Part shown: in pieces, positions 50,100-60,400 of the stretch
Layout of the letters: each line of letters starts with the position of its first letter
How positions within the stretch are numbered: the first letter of the stretch is position 1
DNA from: Macrostomum hystrix
Taxonomy: Eukaryota > Animalia > Platyhelminthes
DNA: 64,000 bases
Direction of reading: 5' to 3'
Assembly (NCBI GenBank): GCA_950097015.1
Contig: CATNEN010000011.1
Coordinates: 372,001-436,000, forward strand
Made by a program: the position numbers and the translations under genes
The notes under the pieces: generated by a model
Seen by the model: the letters and a program-made list of their open reading frames with translations, nothing else
Told to the model about the DNA's origin: nothing
The model's database searches: none

Positions 50100-52400
50100 C
50101 CAACGAAAATGGAGGGCGCAAACTTTAAATGGCTCAGTAGATTACACTCACAATTGCAACTTAGGGAATGTATCATAATGACCTCCAATTAAGACCTCGA
50201 TAGCCGTCCGGACAAAGCGGGTGGCAAGACAGCGTTCTATGAGCATTGGCAAGACAGCTTCCTGGTAGTCTTGGCCGCTTTAGTTCCTTTGGACTGTCGC
50301 ACTCTGAGTCTCTAGCACCGATCTTGAGCCGGGCAGCTGGCCAGGATTGTGTGACGTCCGCACACATTCGCTTTCCTGAGTAGAGCACAGAAGCAGCATG
50401 AGAGCACGGCAGCCCTGAAAGTGGCGTCCACAGAAGCCGCGCCGCTGCATTGAGCGGACTACAGATTTGGACAGCCTATGGAAGTAGTACACCAAAGCTG
50501 CGGCGCCAAAGCTCAGCCTAGTGTCGATCATGTAGGTAAGTTCGCTGTCACCACTAAACTGCCACTGCGCACCAAGAGGACGAATGGATGCCAACCGAGA
50601 GGTACGCCTCCTTGAGGTCGATCTTGGCTATAATTAAAGTCACCGGGCTTAAGCCGTGTGCAAAAGCCGCTTGTGGTCGGCGACGAGGTGATCGTGATTG
50701 ACAGCATAGCCCTCGGGGCGACTGCAATCATGGATCATGCGGACTCCATCGGCTTCTTTTGGGATGGCGCAGAGGGCAGAAATTTGGCGGCGACAGACTT
50801 TCACATACCGGCCACAAGCGATCTCACGCTGCAGCTACTTTTCGACCAAAGTATTGTTATACCCTGCAGCAGCGGAGGAAACGTTCTCAACCTCTGAAGG
50901 TTAAAAGTCGATGTTGGTAGAAGCACGAAGTCGTTGCGGACTCCGTCGATTAAAAATGCGGCATCGGGGTCGCCGTCTAGCTCCTTGACCCAGGCGTTAG
51001 GGTCTCCAGGGAGCCGCTCGGGTTGTTGCTGATGTCGCGAGTGGAGTAAAAGCTTAGAGTTAAAACTTGCGGCTACATACGAGCCTGAGTCACCGCCGTC
51101 GGCTCCACGCAATTAGTTTTTTGTCGCGTGCTGTGTCTCGCCGTGGTCTGAGCGCAGGTAGACCCGGAATGCGTGGCTGTACTTGCAGTTCTGGAACTTA
51201 CATCCGTCACGCGTGTTGAACTTGAGGCAGACGGCGCTCCCTGAACCACCGGAATCGTCCTGTCCGAGCGGGTGAGGGATCTGCTGCGGAGCGATGAGAT
51301 GGGAGCGATCGGAAGCTCGGACATTTCCAGTTTTGCAAGCATCCCTTCTAAATGCATCGTCAAAATGCATGATCCTTTTTTTGGTGTCGTAGCCTGGCTC
51401 AACGAGCTCACCAATCTGCACGTTGTACTGCAGGTTCTGCCGGACACCTTCGAGGTCGAGCTGTTCCTACGGTAGGCCGACACCATCCTTGGGTCACCAC
51501 CGCAGAAATCCGCGACGACGAGTGGCGTGACTCTGGGCTCTAGACTTCCGTAGGTTCTAGCCTGTTCCCCAGCCTAGCTAGCACCTCTATAGCTCAGCGT
51601 ACTTCGGATGTTTGTTTTGCTACTGCATTCAGAATGCTCATTAACAAACAGATTGAGGCCCATCTCTCCTGGTCGATTTTGGCTTTCCAGCTCTTGACGC
51701 ATTGAGGCCGCCTCCAGTTCCAGGTTCTCCAACTTTCGCCGAACCTCAGCCAGGTCCGGAGTCTCCCCTGCCTCCGGTTGCGTGTGCGTGGTAACCCTTA
51801 AAGGTGGGCCCAGGCCAGTCCCGGCACCAGGGAAGAGCGCTTCAATGAACAGGATGACGTCGATTGGACGGGCCTAGGGGTCGCGGATGGTGTATAGGAC
51901 GTCGGCCTCGTCGAGCAGTCGAAGCGGTGTACAGATCGACTCGTCCGCCTTACTATACAGGCAGAGCACAAGGCAGGAGCGTTTGGGTCGAGCTTGTGCC
52001 GGTAGCTCGCGAGGAGACTGCAGTGGCTTGACCGGAGTTGAGCGGGGTGCCGACGGTGGATGGCAGGCGGCGCACTGCCGAGGACAGGATTGGGTGGAGT
52101 GAGGGCGAGGTGACGACGGACGCAAGCACAATAAATTAAATGTCTGTGAGGTGCTGGCGCAGGTCATCAGGCACAAGGCTGATAGGGCCGGAGTCTATGC
52201 GCCGAGACAGATCAGGAACCGGGGAGCGCAGCTAGATGCACTTTCATGCTCTTCATATAGAGAAAAAAAAGACTTCAAAGTCTACTTGTGGACTTGTGCA
52301 GGTCTCAGCTGCAGCTCGCAAAGCATTCCTCCTGACAGTTAGTATTTGCAGAGCTTAATGTATCTCATTAGCACGGATGCTCCGTGCGGACCAGGGCATT
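50100..52400 (-). mobile_element. Decayed DIRS-order (Ngaro-like) retrotransposon relic
   Basis: Gag-like end CLKFNTRDGCKFQNCKYSH; WVKELDGDPDAAFLIDGVRN; RT motifs AKIDLKEAY and IDTRLSFG...FHRLS...MQRRGF. Many stops and frameshifts; no YxDD or tyrosine recombinase visible. Boundaries approximate. Confidence 0.7.
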
Positions 52401-53616
52401 GGAGGCATAATTATATTATAATACAATACATAATATAATAATATAATACATATATAATTGATTGGAAATCACATGTGCATATCTATAACATCAGAGATAA
52501 TTTAGATATGTCAGATTCCTGCATCGGCAGCTCGTAGTGCCTTCTGCCCTCAGAAATGTGCATTAGAGCTGAGTTTATCATCTCCTCCTACACAAAGACA
52601 TAGCTCATATAATAATGATAAAATAATTAAATCTTTATTCCGGTGCTGCTTTGCGTTGGTGCAAGATTTTTTTCATTATATATTTTTTTCATTGACTGCA
52701 CTGCATAAAACCAAAAGAAGGTTAAATTGGAAAAAGAAGTAGTCAAGAAACTAAAAGAGTCTAAAAATGAGCTTGATTTTACGCGGTCAACATGTAAAAC
52801 AGCGTTGTTGTTTTATGCTAAAAATCTTAAGTTTTAATTGTGAAAAGCCGGAAGAAAACCACGCGCAATTCGAAAACGCTTAAATCAAAGAAATACTTTA
52901 ATAATGTTGAGTCTGTTTTTGAGTAACTTACTAAGACTAAGTTCTTAAGTTTAACTTAAGTTCAAGAAGGTAGAAACTCATTTTTCATATTTTAAATGAG
53001 AAACTTATAAAATTCTTACAAAACAAACAGAATTTACATACTTAGAGGTTGTTCATTTTGTTGATGTTTTGTTCTTGTCAGTGTCAACTGTCAACTAGAA
53101 AATGAAGTTCAATCCAATAACTCCAATAAAAATATTCATTGCAGAATTTTTGCAGTGGGTGTTCGTTGGCAGTTGCCTGATGCGCACCGTATTTTGCAGG
53201 CAACACCAAGATATATGTATATCGAAACATCTAGAAAGCTTTTGCCTTGTCTAAGCTCTAAGCACTAAGCTCCAAGCTTAGTACATAGGCCTAGGCTAGT
53301 CCAATTCAATTGAAGGAGCATGCCAGCATGGTTGATGCTAAAATAGTTACTAGAAGTAATGGATTGCATTGTAAATCCCATAGGCCTAGTATAGTTGAGA
53401 TTGTGGCTTGGTAGAAACAATTTTAAAAGCTAAATCACATGCTGAAAAATGTTTCTGCACACTTTAAAGTTAAGAATAAAAGGGTTGGCCTTTTGCACAT
53501 AAGAAATTTTGTCTAACATAAAATCACTAAATATATGAGTAACTTTTTTTAAAGGAATAGCTATAGGCCTACTCCTATAGCATGGCCCTTAGCTAGGTTC
53601 CAGTCTTTTCATCTGC

Positions 53617-54993
53617 TAGGGTAATGTATCATCAACCAAACAGTGTATCTTCAAAACCGAACAAGAATTTTGAATTCTTCCTTGGTCTCGTGCAAGACAG
53701 AAACAAGCTATTGTGTTTCACAGAACAACTAATTTGAAAGTTTAAGAAATTATCTACAAGCTGAGGCATGATGTGCAATGAAGCATTAAGAGGAAAGAAA
53801 GATAGCCTAGGCCTATTGATGTTTCAGTAGAAATTTTTATTGCAAAAGCATACTTTTTAACTACATTTTTTCAGTATGTACTTTAGACAAAGATTGTATG
53901 TGGTTGCTTGCCAATTAAATGACCATAAATGTAGTTATTTATAGAGCATGAAAAATGCAATCAAATTACATAATTTATGATAGTTCACTCCTTAAAATAA
54001 GATTAAACCACTCACTCAAATTGTAAAACCAAACATCAAATTCTCTGTTTGGTTTGAAGATACATGAAAATCATTGTTCGGTTTTAGATAAAAAGCAGAA
54101 ATAACTTTTTTTCTATTTGATAAAATAGCAAATGCAGATACTTTTTAGAAAGATGTAACTGTTTTCTATAACTTGGCTTTTGGTTTATCATCATATCTTA
54201 AATAGAAAATCTGTAGCTTAGGTTTGAAGTAAAAAAAATACACATTCTTGTTTGGTTGATGATAGATTACCCTATCATCTTGTCTGCCAACAGTCATAGT
54301 CACAGAAAAGTTTACTTATTTGTAGGCAAGTAAAATTCATGAGTAGACAAGTTGGCTATAACTGAAATGTCAAAATATTCACTAGTATGCAAATAGTTTT
54401 TTGACTAATTTGAACAGAGTTGAACATATAACACTTAAAATACTGATATCTTATATGCACTTTCATGCAATGCCACTATGATGGTAGATCCTTGTTAAGT
54501 TGTAGGGGCCTATAGTTATTGGCTATACTACATATGTAAACTAAACAGTGCCAGTGGGCTGAGTACTTGTAATAGCAAAAAGCAAGACCTTCCCACAAAC
54601 CAAATTGTCACAAGCTTCCTGGCATACTCAAAGTCCTATTTAAACAATGAATGTGATCTTTTATTTTGTGACCATAAAAGCCATAGCAAGGTTGCAGACA
54701 TTTTTGCTTTGCTTTGCTTACGAAAGACTTTCTTTCTACAAAGGAAAAGTGAATAGTGACAATATGGTGGCAGATGATGAAACTGGAAACCCTCTTAGCC
54801 TGTAGCCATTGGGCATTAAAACATAGGCCTAGTCAATTTTCACTTGTCACAAACCTTACTTTCTTGTTAGTTTTTGTCTGGTAATGTATGCATTATACAT
54901 TCCCATATTGGGCACGCTGCATGTGCATGTATGCTAAGAATTCAGTGTGAGGCAAGTGCAACCCAATATTGTAGAAAACATCTATGTATGTCT
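53617..54993. repeat. Right arm of the inverted duplication (MITE family 1 copy 3 at 53619-54272 plus flank)
   Basis: Reverse complement of 47728-49089; the 15-bp length difference is fully explained by the 11-bp and 4-bp insertions. Confidence 0.93.
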
Positions 54994-55741
54994 GAATTTT
55001 AGGGCATGTACTAAATGACCTGGACTATGCTAGCTATAGATAGACGACTATATAGGCCTAGTCTTAACTAATTAATTATTTACCTTATTCACTTACCTCA
55101 ATAATTCAAGATCTTATGACTATAACACTTTTTTGTTTAGTTTATCAGGCATCATAGAATTGCTTATGATAATAATCATATATCAGTGTAAATATTGTAG
55201 GCCTAACTTCTTAATAAGTTCCTAATCCTAGTAATGTGTCGTAAGGCTTCTTATATATTTATCTTGCCCTACAGTGGTTAGATTCTTAATAATTTTAGAA
55301 TTATTTATTCTTATAAATTATTCTTATAAATGAGCTTTTAACTCTTAATGGTAGCATATTGAGTTTGAATTTGGTAGCGTTTTTATGTAATGACAGAGTT
55401 TTTAGTTACTTAGTTATTTCATATAATTCATAGGATTATATATTTATCGTTTAGCTGGTTAGGCTAATCTGGTTTGTAATATTCAGTCCACTTTTAAGGC
55501 GTTACCAATGATCTAAGGATTACAGTTTTTCTTCTATATCTTTCTTCATATGAAGTGAATAACTTCTAGGAAACTCCTTTTGAATATTTAGTTTTGAACA
55601 CACTTATTTGAACCTTAGGTATTTTACAATATTTTCACATTTGACTAGATTTTTCTTCCTGTGTATTTATAGGCTAACTGCTACCCTGCTATTATAACAA
55701 ACGAATTTTTTATTTTGGTGTCTTAAAACAAACATTTGGAT

Positions 55742-55984
55742 ACATACATGCGCAACCTCCCAAATCTTAGCCGGCCATGCGACTTAGTTTTTGCTCTCAT
55801 TTGCGACTTAGTTCGTTTCATTGCTCTATTTACAACTTAGTTTGCTCTTATTTGCTCTCTTTTTTCTCTCCCTTTTTTCCTTTTCTTCACGCCTTCCTTT
55901 TTTGTCCCTTGGTCCCCCCTTTGATTTTTTGCGCTTGGTCTATTGGTTTTTGCGACTTACCTTGCTTGGCCCTCGCATGTATGT
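55742..55984. mobile_element. Small MITE family 4, copy 2
   Basis: TIR ACATACATGCG...CGCATGTATGT; inverted homolog of 44245-44473. Confidence 0.65.
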
Positions 55985-57424
55985 TTGGGTGCATTAAAAC
56001 AAATTTAGTTACTAGGAAAATGCTTAAATTTTAAACGCAAGATACAATAGCTAATTTCATACTTATTTTCGGCCTATAACAAATGCCACCAAAGTTGCCA
56101 TAGTGCTGTATAAACTTATTAAATCCTAGTGTTGTTATTAAATTTGTTACAGGCTATACTTATTCAAATATTGTCTTATATCAAACTTAGTGTCTTAAGT
56201 TATTCACTTTAGGTACTTCTTATTTCAATTCAAGTTGGTAGCAATATGTATTTAATCTGGTAGTGTAATATGTACAATATGGCCGATATTTATCCTCTCT
56301 ACTTACTGTCACTTATAACTTTGCTGTATTATTTCTGTAAGTATAAAATTTTTATTGGAATTAAAGAAATAGCAAATTACAAATAAGTGAAAATGTGATA
56401 TTTATTATCTGATTGTAAGATTTGTTACTTTTGATTCTCTTTTCCTAAATCAGTTCTGCTTTTTTGCCTTTAGTATCAAATTAGTAATTTTTAAATCAAG
56501 TGTAATTTTTAGGTGGTTTTCTTAGAAAACAGTCTTCATTCCTTTTAAATTTGTAACCATTTTTTTCTTTTTGTAATTCTATACATTGTACTAGTACATT
56601 CTAGCAGTATTTAGTTCAGTAATTGTTATTTTTTAACTTGTGATTGAAGCAGGCCACACTACTATTTAGCAAAATGCAATATCTTAAGTGCATTTTCGAA
56701 AAATGGCATAATCACACTTTTAATTTACTTCTGCCAGACTTTTTATTCTAACTTTTTGGCATACACATTTTTATGACTTAAATTCTAAATTATTAAGTTG
56801 CTAAAAATTCTTTGTATTTGTTCTTCCAGTATTTTATCTTTGCTCAAGCTTAAAGTTGACTGCTTTGTGAGGCTCACTTAAATGGCTAGAACTCAGTTCA
56901 AAGGTTCCTAGGGACTGCTGGTTTAGAACATTGCCTGCACAAAGTATGCATTTTTGAAACGACACTTTACAAGGAAATCTTTCTTTCTAACTTTCTGTAT
57001 GAAAATCTTTTCTGATCGTTTTCTTTAGGAATCCTTTATGAATCTTTATGATCCTTTCTTTAGTTTCATCAGGGCATAATTTAAGAGTATCAGTTAGTGT
57101 TCTATGATCTTAATACATTTTTTGTTTCTTACATGTGCCTCTAGAGACTTCAATTACAAGATGAATTCGATTTTTTAAAGTATTTATTTATTTTTTTATA
57201 ATGCACAAACTTACCAGTTTACCAATTAAACCTGTCAGTCTATTTATATCTACACATCTCAAGCCCGAGAGGAATATAGAAAACAGCCGAAACTAGTGCA
57301 CAAAAAATGTTTCACCACCTTTCAGGCTGTATAACTGCATTAGATAATCTAAAGCAGTACTAGCAGTCCATCTGATTTAGAATCCAAGATATCAATAAGC
57401 CATACTAGCTAATAAATAATAGTT

Positions 57425-60400
57425 ATGGCTGAACGAATGAGCAAACTATGGCGCACACTAAGCTTTCGCAAGAAGCGCTCTTCATCACGCGGTCACGATG
57501 GTGCTGGCGGGGGTGGAGGCGGCGCATCTTCCAGCGGTGGCAAACCCCAGCACTGGCAGGACGATGAGCGGAAAGTCCGTGAAGGGTCTTGCAGCTTTCA
57601 GGTTAAGGTGGGCCAGTAGATCATTTTAGAAATTTGGCTCTCATACCATGCATTACATTGATACATCTAACAATTATTTCAGTACCTGGGCTGCATGGAA
57701 GTGTTTGAATCGCGTGGCATGCAAGTCTGCGAAGAGGCTATTAAGAATCTTATTAAGGTGAGCTGATCTTTTTTCTGTTTTTTTTCCCGCAGCTTGTTAT
57801 AAATCATTAACTGCTTGACATAATAAATTCCATTACGTATCCATACGCAGGTCAAGAATAAGCATCACAAACGAGCGGTCCTGTATGTTAATGGCGAGGC
57901 TCTACGCGTGGTTGATGAAATAACAAAGGTAGTTTTTGCGAACTTTTTTGTTCTGCTTTTTTCTCACATATTTCTACTAACAGTAGCGTAGTGGTGAGTG
58001 AAGTGGCTAAAATTATTGTGCATCGGACCCTCACATCAATCATAGTGAGTTTGGATCCACAGAGAGCCATATTAATTTGATGTGCCGTCGTGGATAGTTG
58101 GCTTGTGGCCTTTATCGCAGGACTTAACAGTAGAAGGATCAGCTATTTTCCCCTTGGGGAAAGACCACGGGGATAGTTCAAATACCCACTGCCAATAAAT
58201 TTTCTGGCCTTTACGATGAAATAACTATCAAAGCCGTCCGAGTCAGCATCTTCGAGATGTTCAGCGATTCCTGTACTGGTGGCAAGGGCAACTAACATTG
58301 CTCTGCATAAACCTCTTTGATGAATCCTTATTAGTTCAAAAACTAAGAACTTAACAATTTAATTAATTCTTAGTAGTCAACATTGATAGTCGACATGGTT
58401 TCATGATAAATTTTTCGTGAAAATACTTTTTTGTCTAAATGTGTTATTTTTGCCACCAGACACGCCGACGAGAATCGTTGAATGTCTCGACGATGCCGAT
58501 ATTTTGTGATTCTGAAGGTTGTCTGATCGGATGGAGCGGAAAATTCTAGCCCGTGTTCTGAATTTTCATGGCGACTAGTTGAATATTTTAGGAGATACAG
58601 AAAAAGAAAAAATGTGGGTATTTGAAATACCCCCGTGAATCCGTGATCTTTCTACTGTTAACTGAGTCATTTTTGTTGTTGTGTTTTCTGTGTCAGTGGA
58701 TTGGATTCTCGGATCCAGTTCGTCTGTGGCTGCAGGTCCTGAAAGTTATTATTGTTTTTTTCTATACTCTTTTAGTTTTTCGCCTCTTTCCTTGTTTTTA
58801 TTGAGGGCTTGAAATCGGTCATTAAATATGCAAAATTGTAACCAGCAGACAGTGAAGCAGAAGATGGCGCTTTACGAAGTCAAAAGCGACTCAAAGGCGA
58901 CTCAAATGTTGGCCAAGATGAGTTATTGGTCGATGTCTATAGTGATGTAAAATATTCATTAGTTTCATTATGGCACTTGCAATAAATGGTTTCGGAAAAT
59001 ATAATAGCTACTGTAGTTTTTTACTGAGGCCACTGAGCAAATACTGTGTTTATAGGCTTAAATTTCAACTTGGTTCGCCCTTGCTCGTGTCCATATAATT
59101 TTCTTCCGTTGCCTCGTTTCTTCTCGTGTGGAATTCTGCCGCTAATTTGCTTGCTCCTAGCGGATCACAATCTTGTACTTTTCTTTTAAAGAGCTTGCGG
59201 CAGCTTCGACTTTGAAGTTTTTGTTCGCATCGAGTCAACTTTCCGAGCTCGCAGATTTTTTCCCAGGTCCTGTTCTTTCTCAGCTGCTCCTCTGCCTGCA
59301 CGCTAGATTGAGCTGAAACTGCACTCGGCACCTTGATGCTCCTTGATCTCTTTATATTTTCAAAGCCCTGGTTGCTAGGCTAGAGCTGTTAGATTCCGTG
59401 TCTCTGATTACAGAGCTAGGGCAGGTAAAGCAGTTCTTAAGTCAGTTTTTTGTAAAAAAAAATGCATCCAGCACAGTTAGTTGTCTCAGAAATCTACCGA
59501 CTGCTCTCAAAAACTGTTAATCACAATTGCTATTTGACGAACCTTTCACCGGAGCTGTCATTTTATAACACACATATTGCGTTCTCCTTTAATCTTGATA
59601 CCCGCCTCGTTTCTTTTTATTCTGTATTGACATTGATTTGATTTATTTAGCGAGCGGACCCTTTTGCATGATGCAGTACGAGGGTTGTTCGTTGTTCGTA
59701 TGTTCGTATAAACATTATATTTATAATAATTTTGCGACATTCAAAGTTTATTTTATATTATTCGGTTTCGTTACTGAATATTCAAATTTCACTAATATGT
59801 TTTGACCTGAACAAAATGCGTGCGTTAACATTATTGACTAATTCACTTCTTTTTTATTTTAGATGTGCAATATACAAAATTGAGTTGAATGCTAGCGAAT
59901 TGGTTCCCTGATAACGTGTTACAATCGGGTTAAGCTTGAGATTCCTTTTAGTGATCAGAGAGAGTTGAGTCTCGGATTCTCTCATGATGAGTGAGAGTTG
60001 TGTCTCAGATTCTCTCATAATGAGTGAGAGTTGAGTCTCAGATTCTCTCATGATGAGTGAGAGTTGAGTCTCAGATTCTCTCATGATGAGTGAGAGTTGA
60101 GTCTCGGATTCTCTCATGATTAGTGAGAGTTGAGTCTCAGATTCTCTCATGATTAGTGAGAGTTGAGTCTCAGATTCTCTCATGATGAGTGAGAGTTGAG
60201 TCTCAGATTCTCTCATGATGAGTGAGAGTTGAGTCTCAGATTCTCTCATGATGAGTGAGAGTTGAGTCTCGGATTCTCTCATGATTAGTGAGAGTTGAGT
60301 CTCAGATTCTCTCATAATGAGTGAGAGTTGAGTCTCGGATTCTCTCGTGATGAGTGAGAGTTGAGTCTCAGATTCTCTCATGATTAGTGAGAGTTGAGTC

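Noticed and set aside
47728-54993. Interpretation as a composite transposon carrying the Ngaro-like relic
   Set aside because: There is no target-site duplication or TIR at the outer boundaries, and the MITEs lie on the inner side of the arms.
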